From: Lama guanicoe
Lineage: Eukaryota
Assembly: GCA_013239625.1 (NCBI GenBank)
Contig: MU054323.1
Location: 12,779,694 to 12,843,693 of the forward strand
Reading direction: 5' to 3'
DNA: 64,000 bases
The notes beneath the pieces were generated by a model, which ran no database searches, was not told the origin of the DNA, and was given only the letters and a program-made list of their open reading frames with translations. Of this stretch, positions 36,695-50,793 are shown in pieces; within the stretch, counting starts at the first letter, position 1, and every line of letters starts with the position of its first letter. The position numbers and the translations under genes are program-made.

Positions 36695-37385
36695 AAAAAG
36701 CAATATTTCTTTTTCCTGCAAAAGTCTTTAGCTTAATGCTTTTTGGATTACAAAAGACTTTTATGAGCATATTTAGGCTATTGAACCATCTGTATTTTCC
36801 TATATTTTCATTAGGACTGTAGCAACTCTCTAGGCTTTGAGCTCCTTGAGGGCTGACTTTTCACTTGTTTCTGCTTAGCAAAGTGCCTAGAAAATAATAA
36901 ATATTACATATTTGTTGAATAGTGATAGCCAACATTTATTGAGCCTTTTCTACATTCACTTTTTAAGGGAGAAGTTGCAGAACTCCCTTTATTTAGCCTT
37001 GATCTCGATAGCAGTTTTTATCAGAGTTAACTTCTATACAAGAGTTTTTCAAAAAGCGAAATATTGCAGAAGTTATGAAAAAATTAATCCTACCCAGATA
37101 CTATATGGGACCTTGAATCTTCTCATAATGGCATCGCCTAGGTGTGGAGTTCTTTTCAAAGTGAAATATGAGGTGGGACTTGGAGAAAATTAAGACCTGA
37201 TGCCCAATTTAGCAGACATCATTGTCTACTTTCTATTTTTAGTAACATGAAAAATGTGTAGACTAAATCTTCCCCCATTCATGCCATCTCATATTTTTAA
37301 AATGAAGTGAGATACATTCCATAAACAAACAGTGCAAGGGAGAAGGAGGAGTTGGGATAAGCTACTAGTTCATGAAACTGGGTCA

Positions 37386-37390
<5 letters not shown>

Positions 37391-37422
<32 letters not shown>
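37391..37422 (+). repeat. (GT)16 microsatellite
   Basis: Perfect dinucleotide run. Confidence 0.95.
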
Positions 37423-37425
<3 letters not shown>

Positions 37426-37645
37426 ACCATTACTTATTTCATTTGATTTTTTAATTGAAATACAGCCCATTTACAATGTTGTGTTAGTCTCTGGTGTACA
37501 GCGTGGTGATTCAGTTATACACACATATATCTATATACTTTTTCATTATCGGTTACTACATGCTATTGAGTATAGTTCCCTGTGCTGTACAGTAGGACCT
37601 TGTTGTTTATCTGTTTTATATATAGTAGTGTGTGTCTGCAAATCA
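37391..37645 (-). mobile_element. L1 3'-end fragment with (AC)16 tail, flanked by a TSD
   Basis: tttacaatgttgtgttagtctctggtgtacagc...tatagttccctgtgctgtacagtaggaccttgttg. TSD aaactgggtcaagttt (37375-37390) / aaactgggtgaaattt (37646-37661). Confidence 0.85.
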
Positions 37646-40600
37646 AAACTGGGTGAAATTTTAAAAGCCAGGAATGAGTTGAATGTTACTGATATTAATG
37701 GGAAAATAAGTTGATTTTTCCAGAATATAGTGAAAGCATTTGCAAGGAGATGGCATCAGGATTCAGCCCACTATTTAACTTTGTAAAAAGGTCATTACGT
37801 TATGCTATGTAGCATATTATATTGTTTTCTATGTTTCATTATACTCTTAGAGAAAATTGGTAAATGAACCAAAAACAAGGTGTCATTGGGAGTTTTTCTT
37901 TCTTTTTTTGTAAAGGAAATCAAGGTTGATGCAATTGCTTTAGGCAAAGCCATATTTCTTCTCTTTATCCTATATTACATAAATCTACATTTATGGCTAC
38001 ACCTTTACCACATCTCAGTGACTAGTATTCATAATGATGACCCTTAAGTATTAAGAAAAGGAAAAAACCCCTTTTTTATGTACAATTTTAAGAGATAGGA
38101 ACCATATGACGTGTTTTAGAGAGAATTCCAAGAGGTAGAATTTAGTTCCTAAACAGAAATGGTTAACTAGGATATCTGGAAAATGTGACTCATTCCCCAA
38201 GTGGTCTCAGTTCTTTTCTGCAGTGTATTTCAGCATATCATTTGCTATGCCTTGCAACTAAGAATTTTTTATGTTGCTGTTCTAGGCTAATTAACGACAT
38301 TTTTCATTTTATCTAGTCATAAATTGGTCCATTCTGGCTATGTCTAAATAAGTCTGCAGATAGCCTTAAACTGCAACATTTCATAAACAATTTTATTTTT
38401 AAAAATGTTCTGGGATTTGACCCAAATGTTGACCAGGCAGTCAGTTACAACTGAAATATTGCTCACTATCCAGAGAAGAATATTATATTTGAAATGTTGC
38501 CCTTGAAGGATCATCAAAAAGTTGGCAAGATTTTTTTTTCAGTCTACGAAACATAAGCAACTGTGATCTTTATGTTTTTGTCCAGGAATGTTACATCAGT
38601 GCAGTGTAGTGGAATAGAGCCCATCAGAATGTCAGCATAACTTTGGTGGACTGATCACATCTATGAAAAGAGTGAGTTAGAATCTTGAAAAGTCTGCTCC
38701 TCAGTGCACTTTAAGGCACTCTTTTGAATATCATACTAATGAAACCATGATTCTCTGAAGACTGGTTAAGGACATACAGTCATTTATTGTGGCATCTGGT
38801 ACTGAAAACATGTTCCATTTAGTGCATGAGATGTAATACTGAGGTTTTGATATTTGAAGATGGGGTTATGAAGAAGTCACTGTTTAAGAGAAAACAGGTT
38901 AAAATGCTTTGTCCGAGGTTCCTCTGTAACATCTACAGGCAGCTCTGTGACTCTAGGCTTAGATGGTTTCCACATTGAAGTAGTTCTTCAAGAGATAGTT
39001 TCTTGGTGACTGATGTATGCATTGATTTTTTTAAATCAATTCAATACTTTGGAATCAATGTCATTAAATATACTAAATATACTTATTATAGTTATCCATA
39101 TGAATCTATAGGGATTTCACTTTAATATAGCATTAAAAAAACCTCATGAGAAGAGATTTTGGTTTTATCATACATTTTAAATGTACTCTTTGACATTTTG
39201 GTCCAGAAGGTCATGAATATTCATTTCCATGTAGAACCTACTAATTTATTAAAATAATAAGTAAATGTCTGTTGGGTCAACATGCTTTTTTTATTTAAAC
39301 TTGAGTTATCCAAAGCTCAAACCTTTGTGTTCATAGTTTTCCATCATTCTGCATATCTAGCCAGTTCTTAAATCTTATCAATTCTTCCCTAAGGGTTCTA
39401 TATGCATCCTTCTTTTCCATTCCTACAACTCTGATCCTAGTCCATGTCTGAAATCTTTAGTTTGGAAAGCCCCTTTAGAGATTATCTTGTGCAGCTAACT
39501 CACTTATTTTACAGAGAATTGAGACTCAAAGAGATTGTCCAAGAACAAGAACTATGATCTGGAGTTTCTGACCCCAAATCCTGCTCAGTCTTCTTTTCAT
39601 TACATTTCTCCAAACTGATCATTAGGGCAGAATCCTAACATCTTAATAGTGATAATGCGGTTTACATTTCAGGAGTGCTTACTCTATACCAAGCACTGTT
39701 CTAAGTCTTTAAATATGTTAACTAGTTTATTCCTTACAACAACTCTATGAGATAGAACTGAAGACTTGGCATAGGGAAGTATAGTAGTGGGTCTGTGTGC
39801 TTTTTTGAAGTGTAGTTAACCTGCAGTAAGACTCATATTTAAAGTGTACAATTGGTGACATTTTACATATGTATACACTTGTGAAATTGTCCCAATCAAG
39901 ATAGGTAACAGAACATAGTGTTTTAAGATCTGACTTTCAGTCTCTGTTCTGCCTCTGACACCCTGCATGACTTTAGGGAACTTGTCTGACTTCCAATCAA
40001 GGTTTCCTTCTGTGTAAAGATGATCTTTGAATCCTTTCCAGGTGTAAAATAATGTGATTCTTTGTAGGCCAGCTTCCCACTCATCCTAATGCTGGAGTCT
40101 GTTGGAAAATTGTGTCCAGAAAAGTTATCTCCTCTTTCCTTGGGCTTTCTTGAGATTACTTTGAGAGGGAGCCCATTCCATTGTTTAGGTCGGTTACAAA
40201 TTGCTTCCTTTTGGTAATTAAAAAAACCTTCTATTCTGTCACTTGCAACTGCTAGCTAGAGTTGTGCTGTCCAGTGTAGCAGCCCCTGGCCACATGTGTC
40301 TTCTCTCCCTGCTGCTTCTCCCCCATCTCCTTTTTAGGGAAGAGTAGGGCTTGAACTTTTCTGTAGGACCTAGCACAATTCCAGAGATACATAATAACTC
40401 AGTAGATACTGATTAAAATTATAAGATGGAAGAAATAGTTGAAATGGGGAAAGAGGCAGGAAAAGGATGGAAAAATCAGAGGGGGCAACATTAGGAAACG
40501 AGCTTGGGAAGATGGAGTTCAGGGAGAAGAGGATTTTTTTTTAGAGGAAGTGAGTTAGAGTTGGCCGGCCCTTTCCTGTCTGTGTGTGTGTCTCCCTGGT

Positions 40601-40914
40601 CTTCATGGCTTATGATGGACACCCTCCATCCAACTGTTCAGGGTCTTATGAAGTTGCCATTTGGTTGGCATTTTACCTAGGCGACTGGGCTGCATTTGGC
40701 TCTGAGAGTGCAATCTGTCTATTAACCTTAAGTACTTATCTAGTGATTTTATAATTCAGTCATTTCTTCTTTTTGTTTTTTCCCCGAGAATTCTTTTGTA
40801 AACAAGAACTCATTCTCATCAACCAGGGCTATGTGATAGCATTAAATTTTAATTTCGTAGGAAAGGCATGGTATGTTCTTAGTTGTTTTTCTTTAATTGC
40901 TAATATTTTGGACT

Positions 40915-43640
40915 GTTTTTTTAAAAACATAAACCTTTAGAAAAATTGCAAATATGGTACAAAGGACTTTTTCTCTTTCTGAAATCATTTAAGAATAAGT
41001 TGCTGACTTGATGCCCCATCACTCTTGCATATTTTAGGGTGTTTTTCCTACGAAGACATTTTCCTATATAACCATCAATGTTAGGAAATTAACATTGCTA
41101 ACATTACTCACATTTAATTACTGCCATTCAAGATTTGCCAGTCATCCCCAAAATGTCCTTTATAGCAAAATGATCCAGTCCAGAATCAAGTGTTAGGTTT
41201 AGTCTCTTTCAATCCAGGACTGTCACAGAAGTCATGCTGTATCTTTCTCATTGCATCCTAGCAGATGGCATATGATTTCAATTTGTCCCATTACTGGTGA
41301 TACTTTGGTCACTTGATTAAGGTGGTTTTTGTGAGTCTTCTTTACTACAGAGTTATCCATTTTCTCTTTATTTGTATTTTTATTTCAAAAACAACTTTTT
41401 TTATTGAGATATGATTAACATACAGTAAACTAACCATACTTATAAAGTCCAATTTGTAAAGCTTGGGTGTATGTTTACACCCATGAAACCATCACAGTTG
41501 AAATAATGAACATATACTTTGCCCTCAAAAGCTTCCTTGTGGCCTCTTCAGGCCAGCACTGGTTTGCCTTCTGTCACTATATATAAATTTCCATTTCCTA
41601 GAATTTTATAAAAATGGATTCATACAGTCTACTCTCTCTCTGTGTCTTTTTTGGGTTTTTTTTTTGGCAGGGGACCTGGCTTCTTTCACTCAGCATAATT
41701 ATTTTGACTCATCCATATTGTGACATATAACAATAGTTCATTCCTTTTGATTGCTGAGTAGTGTTCCATTATATGGAAATACCAGTTTGTCCATTCATCT
41801 GTTGATGGAAATTTGGGTTGCTTCCAGTTTTTGATTTTTATTTTTTATAATTAATTAGTGTTTTATGGTGATGTACATAGAGACTGTGTAAATCTCCTAT
41901 TCCACACTAAACTTTAAAATTATGCATTTATAAATTGATATTAGTATGAGCTCACAGATTCCTAATTCATTCAGTAGATTATTATTTGTTACTCTAATTA
42001 TATTGATGATCAGATTATCCCAGATTTGGCCAGTGGGAGTTTGTTCAAATTGGCTTCTGTGCTCTTTCCACATATCTTTGAGCACTTTATTTTCTGACAT
42101 AAGAAGATGTTTTAGCCTCATTTTGTGTTTACTTGCTCCAGCCCTGGAATCAGTAATTACTCCAAGGAGCTCTGGTTCCTTTTAAAGTCTTTCAACAGAC
42201 ATAGCTAGAAAGTATGAATATGTGTATATATAAGTACTTGTGTACGTCTGTGTCTATTTCTGTATGTATTAAAAACCATGGATTTACATCATTTCCAATT
42301 CCAGTTCAGTATCACAGGGTTTATTTTAGTCTTCTCTCTTCCAAATTTGTAACTCCCTTCTTTGACAGTGAAAAATCAAGCTCCCCATTAACCTCATTAT
42401 AAGAACTTGTACAGTCTTCCTGTGTGTAATCAATCTCCCAGCCATGCAGACTGTCTCTTCAACTCTAGCCTCTACCGTGCAGTCTGCTCCCTTGGCCCTG
42501 ACCTGACAGAGCACAGGACTTCATCATTGACCTGAATCTATTGGTTAAATCCCTGGCCCTGTTGAGCACACCTGTTGAGTCAGACCCCAGCCCCAGCAAA
42601 CATGCTCTAGTCTCTGACTGATCCCCAGCCTCAGCAAACCCCCTGAGTGAGCCCTGGATCTTGCAAACATGCTGGCTGAGTCTTTGGTCAAGTCACTAGT
42701 TCTGGTTTGGGGAAAGCATAACTCATGTCTCCAACTTAGGCGTGCACTCCACTGAGGCCCTTTTGGAGGCTTTGCTCCTGGCAAACATGCTGGTTGAATC
42801 CCCATTTAGACCAGGATCCAGCAAACATGCTTGCCAAGTCCCTGACCTTGATCAAGGAGCTCCAATTAAAATTTAACCTTTCAGTGTGTCAGTATCTTTA
42901 ATTTCATATATATATCTCCTTATTTTCTTAAACTGAAAATCTTATTCCTAACAGTATAAACATAATTACTTACTTGCTTTATTGTGTATATAAAAGTTTC
43001 AAAACAATGCCAGCATTCCTACTTATAATAAGACAATTGAATAAAGCTCTGTTCTTTCTTTCCTGCTCTATTTGCCCTTAGAATATATTACATTAAGGAT
43101 GTGTACTATGCTCTAAGTCAAAATGTTTTAAAGACACTTGAAATAATTCTTTCCCTTGTCAGTAACTTGTTATATAGTTAGAATTTTATTTTTCCATTTG
43201 TTTTCAATTTTTAGGTATTGCTTTTTTCTTCTTGATTTATTTTTGGAATATATAAAGCAATTACATGATTCCAGAGCCAAAACTCTGTAACAAGGGCTGT
43301 TCAAGAAGTTTTCCATCCATCTCTGTTTCCCTTTTACTCTCTTCTCTCTCTTTCCCTTTATTAGCTAATGGTTTTATTAATTCTTGGTTTATTTTTCTAG
43401 TGTTTTTGCCTTTTGGTTTTCTCCTTTCCTTTTTTTTTTTAACATTTACAAAATATAATATACACAGAGATATATGCACACACTGACACTTTGCTTTACT
43501 TAATATATCCTGAAGATCATTTTGCTTTAACAACTGTCTAGTATTCCAGTATATGAGTGTTTTATAGTTTATTCACCTGGTCTTCTGTTGATAGATGTGA
43601 GACCTTTGGACTATTTTCAATCTTCTGCCATATTTTAATC
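40915..43640 (-). mobile_element. Cluster of nested old L1M 3' fragments (L1MC/MD-like and L1MA/MB-like)
   Basis: Antisense L1 3'-UTR motifs: taagttgctgacttgatgcccc, ggcttctttcactcagcataattattttga, ccattcatctgttgatggaaatttgggttgcttccagt, ccagatttggccagtgggag. Boundaries approximate. Confidence 0.65.
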
Positions 43641-46470
43641 CTAGAAGGTAGGCTTTAAAAATTAGCTGAAGCGAACAGGAGCCCCAGGTTCCCCTAAGCA
43701 GCAAAAGCTTATATTCCTTATCTTACTTGCACTCTTATTTCCTCTATCCTTTGCTACCTTCTGGAGGGCTAGTTCTACCCAACCGTTCATGTCAAATTTT
43801 GCTGCCAAATGAGGTCAGTTCAGATCTTTTACCCCTAAAAAAAACTGCAAATACACTTTAGGTTTGCAGGGATTTATTTGATCTCAGTGTTGCAGATAAG
43901 GGATTTGGGGCCTATAATAAGTGAAGATAAGCAGTATCTTGTAAGTGAGCAACAAGTTAGTCTTGATACACAGCTGACTTTGGAGACTTTGATGCCAGAA
44001 GAAAGTGCCTATGTGAACCATTAAAGGCTGTGTGGCATGAGCGAGATGGTCTGAGAATCTGAAGTAAGGTCATTGTGATTGGAGCAGAGGGGACAGTGTG
44101 GGAGATGGAGGTCCAGGACTGGGTAGGACATGAGAGGGCGTGCTTAGGAATTTTGTTGTTATCTGAAGAGCCATGGAAATCAGCTAAATGGCTTTAGCTA
44201 GGGCATATTTGATCAGTTTTGTTCATGAATATCCTATATATTTAAGAAATTGAGCAATCCTGTACTTCAGATTTTAGGGTCCAGGCCTCATCTTTTGTCT
44301 TCAGTGCTCCTTGCAGCCATCAGAATAGGATTTTAAGGTCCCCAAGGGTTTGGTAGGTAGCTTCAGGGCAGAATACGGCAGAATATGTGCTTAATTCCTA
44401 AGGTTGTAGTTTTCCTTTAGTTTTTGCTCTTTGAGTATTCCTTATTTTGTTTCCTGCACAATCATTAACCCAAAAATATATTAAAAATTTTAAATCCAAC
44501 TTCTTAAAAGTGTTGTTGAGAGAGTAATCAGTCATGCTGTTAGAATCTAAAGATTAAACTAATTCTTAAAAAAAAAAATTAGTATCTATCTCCTGACTTT
44601 TCTGACAATCTTTGACCTTGAACACATAAGAAATGCAGAAAAAGCACTGAAGTACAAGATCAAAACTAATTGTACTAAATGTGTGTGTGTGTATAAGTAT
44701 ATATTCACACACAGATTCACACACACACACACGTATACTTACATATATGTGCGGTAGGTAGGTAAGTGGTAGGTAGAAGGGAAGAGAGATACAGACATCT
44801 GGCCTTGGGCATTTATGTGACTTACATGTTATCAGAACAGTTTAAATTTGACAGTCTTCTTTAGACCTTTATGAGCAATCACAACATAGCAGATCTCCTT
44901 AAATACAGAAATGACCATTTTGTGATATTTGAGAGAGGATGTTAAAAAACCTTGGCCCAGCATCACATCCCTTAATATATGTTTGCATCCAGAACCTTTA
45001 GAGAAGATTACTGTCATTGTCATTTGCGAATTGTGCTAAGATCATAGGAGGTTATATTTCTGCAAGTGATGGCTAGACACTCAGGAAAAATGGGCAGACA
45101 GAAGAAAAGAAACTCTAAAAAGAAGAAGTGCTCACTGATAGTATTGAGTATCATCAGATCCAGCTTTTCTTGAGTTTGGTTTGCATGGAGGAAATCTGTG
45201 GAAGAATTTTCACAGTGAGAAGTTCACATTTGGATGCCCATCTGCCTTTTGAAGTAAGATATGTACATATTGATTTAGTCTCTTCATTAAAGCCTGGTAG
45301 TATATAGAAAAACGTTCTCTTTCTTTCATTTTAATTTCAGTTCACAGTGAGACAAAGAATGTCTGTTTCGTAGCTATAGGTTTCTCTCAGATTACGAGGT
45401 GATAAAGTAGATCAGGTTTTGTAACATCGTCTCAACATCTTTGTCCTTCCTCTGCCAACTCCCTCCTCCCCTTTTCCCAACAAGTTTGAATTCAAATTCT
45501 GGCTTTGCCATTTAACTAGTCAAACTGAGGTGACTAGTCAATAAGCTGTCCAAGCTCAGTTTTCTAGTGAATTAAATGGGGTTAATATCAGCCCTGTGAG
45601 AATTAACACAACATGTAAAACCCCCAGTGCTAAGCAGAGGAGGCATGCAGTCAATATCACTTCCCTTTCAGCTTAAATGATAGAAAACTGATTCTCAATC
45701 TTTGAACAGTGTAAGTGTATCGTCCCTTCATTCATTATGCTTTCATTCTTGTGAACTGCTTTAGGAAATACTGACCTTGTCACTGGCATCATTTGTGAGG
45801 AATAGTTTGGCAGGGATGTTATGGAGGGATGGATGAAGTGACCTGCTGGATACCTCCTTGGTGAATGCCAAGTAACCCCTTTTGTATATGTAATTAGTAT
45901 TGACAGTCATCTCATTTCAGTTACCATGTTACTAGGCTGTTACCCTCCCATCTTTTCATCTCAGGTATTTAGAGAAATAAATTAGAATCTGACTGCTAAA
46001 CCAATACTTACTCATTCTCTATTTGATACTCATATTGTCTTAGATATATATGGATATATATCTGTTTCTTCTTTTAAGGGAGAATTTCGACATTCTTTAT
46101 GTGGAAAACTGTAAATAGATCTCCTCTCCATTAGATTTTCATACTGTTTAAATCTTTGCGGATTCATTTGGTACATTGTCTTATCACCTTGTGTTACCAT
46201 ATTTTTTTATATCATGATTAAGAGAAGAACTCTAAAATAAGAAACAGCAGGGTCATGAATCATATCTCCTAGGGTTGTGTGGAATAAAGGAGATAATGTA
46301 TGTAATACCCTTAGCTTCAAGCGTGGAACATATAAGTGCTCAGAGAATGCTTGCTGTATACTGTTGTTATATGTGTTCCTTATCTTCCAGATTTGAAATT
46401 CTGTAAGAGCAGGAACTGTGTAGTATATACACTTCACGTATTATGGACCCAACATTTTACCTATTAATAC

Positions 46471-46595
46471 ATTTTATTTCTTTTTTTTTAAACATTTTTT
46501 ATTGAGTTATAGTCATTTTACAATGTTGTGTCAAATTCCAGTGTAGAGCACAATTTTTCAGTTATACATGAACATACATACATATATATATATAC
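46471..46595 (-). mobile_element. Short young L1 3'-terminal fragment just upstream of TTC27 exon 6
   Basis: Poly(T) followed by attgagttatagtcattttacaatgttgtgtcaaattccagtgtagagcacaatttttcagttatacatgaacata. Confidence 0.75.
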
Positions 46596-46642
46596 TTATT
46601 ATTATTATCAGAGATTTTAATGTTTCATCTTTTGTCTTGCAG

Positions 46643-46807
46643 TGATGAAACTAGAGAATCTGTTTGTAGATGATTCAGGTCGATATTTGGCTATTCAGTT
46701 CCATCTGGAATGTGCATATGTATTTTTATATTATTATGAATATAAAAAAGCTAAAGATCAGTTCAATATTGCTAAAGACATCAGCCGATTACAAATTGAT
46801 TTGGCAG
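46643..46807 (+). CDS. TTC27: TTC27 exon 6
   Basis: tcttgcag|TGATGA...GCAG|gtaaga, 165 nt. Encodes (V)[54 protein letters not shown]. Confidence 0.96.
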
Positions 46808-48618
46808 GTAAGATTTTTTTTACCTTTTGTAAATAATTGACTTATTTTTATGGTAAAACTAATATGTATATTGGCAGTTTGGCTGTATTTGATTTTCTAT
46901 GTTCTCTGCTTTACAAAAATGGATTTGAAATTTTTATTTTTAGAGTTCATAGTTTTAGAACAAAAATGAAATTTTGTATTTTCTTTCTTCCTGAAGATGC
47001 CCATTTATTTTCTAATTCCGTAAGACACATGTTAGTAATAGATGGCAGTACACAAATGAACTTTGCCCATTTGGTTGTGGATGTGGGCCTCCCAAGGCCC
47101 CTCCTGATTCTCAAGTTTAGTCTGGCCTCTCTACATTGCCCTTTCTTGTAAATACCCACTATGGCTTCCATCCTGTCTTTTTTGTATTCCTTAAGAACAG
47201 AAATTTTGAACCATTTTGTTTCGATGTTTCTTCATTGTCTTAGAACACTATCTGGCAGACAGTAGGCACTCAATAAATATTTTGTGGAAGAATAAATAAA
47301 TTACAGAATTTTTCCTAAAATCTGTGTTTCTTCTGAATATCAAATAAGAAACATTGGTTTTCTTTTAATGTATTGCTCTGTCCCTAGTCTCACAATATAA
47401 TTGGCATTCAACATTGAAGACGTTAATGAAAGTCAGACATCGTCAACTGGTCACACCACTTGTACCTGTTGAACCTGGGCTCTGTGACTGTTGAAGTGAT
47501 TGATGCTGTTTGTCACTGACCCTCCGGAGGCTAGGCCTCAGTGATCTCTAAGGCTCATTCTTAGTCCCCAAACTCTGCTTATTGAGCTAGTCCTGTCAGT
47601 AAAGTCCTTCAGCTATATTATGAGATAATTATGCTTTGTGACCTCATCTGGGATCTTGGCCACCTTTTATTACATTATTTGTGTGGGGAAAATTATTAAA
47701 TATCCAACGTACAACTTTTGGAACAATGGCCATGTGTGAATTGGAGTCTTATATTTGAGCATATAGTGATATGTACTATAAATTGTGAGGTTAGTTTCAG
47801 AGATGATGTTTTTAAATGTTTTGGTCTTAAGAGACTTTTTTTTTTTTTGATAAGTTAAAAAACTAATAGCATAGTACCCTGTATAGTCAGCTTTAGCTGT
47901 TGGTGTATTTACTAGCTAGTTCTTCCTGTTTTTTGTCCAAGTTAAAAATATAGGTGTGCTCACAAATATAAAATGAAAATCAGATTAGTATTTTTTTCCA
48001 TTCAGCTGTAGCCTTACTAGAAAAAAGTAAGCTGTGTTAGACCATCTCAATAGCTATTTTTGGTACAGCATGTTTAAAAGGTTGCTGTATTACGTAGAGC
48101 CAGACTCACAGCAGGATAAAATCCAGACTCCTTAGACTGGTCTTTGTAATCAAGGGTCTTTGTAATCTGACTCTCACCAGAGAATAGATGTCAGAGCTCT
48201 TGCTTCCCTTAATGCCGTTCTGCAAGTTCTTTCAGATACAAAATGAAAAAAAATGTTGGTCTTATGTGGAGCCAGATAGTGTAATAGAAAGACTGTGGGA
48301 TTTAGAACCTAAAGTCCCTGACTGTAAACTCTGGCTCTGACACTGAAAACTTGTGATCTTGAGCAAGTGACTACCCTTCAGAACTTACATTTGTTTGTCT
48401 GTTACACGGAGATGATAATATTTCTAGTGGGATCTAGTGGCAGAAGTCCCGGGTTTGAGTGCTGGCCCTATAGTTTACTGGCTCTGTAATTTTATAAAAA
48501 GGCACTTTAAAGTCATCACTGGGCTTCATTCTTTTACTTGAAATGGGAAAAACACCTTATAAATTCTAAAGCACTCTGAAAATGCTACTCTTTATGATTG
48601 TACAGTAGATCTGATTGA

Positions 48619-48816
<198 letters not shown>

Positions 48817-50297
48817 TAGTATGCAGATCTAACGGTTTCCATGGGTGAGTTTCATAGAAACGTTGGATGGGGTGGGAAGAGGCTTCTTTGGACCCTTCCT
48901 GAGCTTTTACAAGGTGGCTGGGGGCAAAGAAAAACCCCCAAACAGAACCCATGTTTAAACTGTTTTTACCCTTAAATAGAAATAAAATGTTGTTTTTCTA
49001 GACTTCAGTAAGTATGAATTAATAATGTTGCGTATTATGGCCTTGGAAAAAAATCCAAAAGGCAGACTGAGTAGAGATTAATTTTTCTAGCAGCTACCAT
49101 TTTTTTTGCCTTCTGTTGATATTTTTGAACATTAAGAGACTTGAAATTTCTTGGGCTTCTTCAAAATATGTAAACAGATGATCAGAATTCCTTTTTTTTT
49201 TTTCTTACCAGTTTTCTGGTCTGCCTTTAGTTACTGTCATTACTAGGCTAGTTGCTGCCTTAGTATGTTTTCTTGGCTTGACTAATACATTTTCTTGTAG
49301 CTTAAATTTATGGCTCTTTTGGTCAATTTACCTACCCATAGGCCTTTCCATCCACTTTCATGGAGGCAATTAGCATTTATAGTTTCTTATCCCAGAGACC
49401 CCAAACCAGCATTTTTGCTGGTTCTTTGGTTGAGGTTACTCCCCTTAAAGCCCATGTTTTGCTGCTCTTCATTCCAAAGCCTGCAAACAAATTTATGTGG
49501 TGCATAGAACAGCAGCATTCTGTTCTGTACTGAGCATAGCGCCAAGGGCCGGGGCTGGGGAGATGGGGAAAAAGAGCAGCGGCAGTAGGGAGTCCGGAGG
49601 AGGCCTGTGATGAGGTATTATGTACTTCCTGGGCTCTTTCCAGGTTCTCTGTTGTTTGCTTTTGTGATCACTTCAGGGGGACAGGGGAAGGGGGCAGCTA
49701 TTGATTCTAGGAGGAGAAGGAAGGAAGGATGGAAGGAAAGGTGGAGAAACTCAGGGATAAGACTGGTTCAGGCACAGCCTGTACCTCCTGAAGTTGGAGA
49801 GCCATAGCTGAACGAGCATTCGTGCTGCCGTGTTGATGCAGGTCAGGGAACTGTTGATACCTGCTTCCCTCCTCCATTTCTTCCTTATAGGCACCAGACC
49901 TCCTCCTTCAGCTTTTGATGTAATCCAAGTCCCTCCCTACGTCTTAGATTAACTGTCAGAAGCCTGGTTTTTAGGCCATAGAACAGCATCAATGAAAAGA
50001 GATTTATTCCTGGAGTCCAAGCATTTAATTCAGTAATTCATTGTTGTTAATTGTTTTTTTTTCCTCCTACTGAAAACTATCTCCTGTGCTCATAAACAGG
50101 ATACGATGATATTACAGGGACTGTATAAAAATGATGTACAGTTTAATACAGAAATTATGTCATCTCTCATATTTGAAATAAAATACATTCAAATAATCTT
50201 ATGATCTTCATTAATTCAAGGTGGAAAGTATAAATTGTGTGATGTAAGTATGGGTAGGTACTCAGGGATGGAAGATTGATTTGCTTGGTTAGTTACA

Positions 50298-50474
50298 TAC
50301 CATATTTCCTTATGTCAAAGATTCTATTAGATTATAAAACACACCATCTGTTTAATAACTACTCTTTAGGAGAAAAGGAACACTATTATACCAATTACAG
50401 TGATTATGAAATATATCCTGATTAGAAGTGATACAATGTGGAAATGTATATCTTAGAGTTGAGGAAATACAGTA
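50298..50474. mobile_element. Tc2/MER104-like mariner MITE
   Basis: Imperfect TIRs taccatatttcct ... gaggaaatacagta, with TA ends. Confidence 0.5.
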
Positions 50475-50793
50475 ATTTTATTGCCAGTGAGTAACATGTT
50501 TCCCTTTGGGCCTTCCTAGATTTTTAATCTGTTATTAATGAGGAATTACACAGCCTAAGGCTATTAGACTTCAGGATTTAATAAGCCAACAATTATGAGC
50601 AAGCCCAACGTGCCAAAGGCACAGTCTCTGTTCTTTATTGTTTGATCATGGGGACGTGGTGTGAGGAGGGAGAGTAAATTAAAATTGTATAGTCACAGAA
50701 AACACAAACACCTGATCAGCATCACTGATAAGAAACATACATTAAAAGCTGAATGTGGTGTGTCCCACAAATTGGAAATAAATTATGTGCTCA

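Noticed and set aside
48139..48168. 13-bp direct repeat ggtctttgtaatc x2
   Set aside because: Ordinary slippage micro-duplication with no sign of function.
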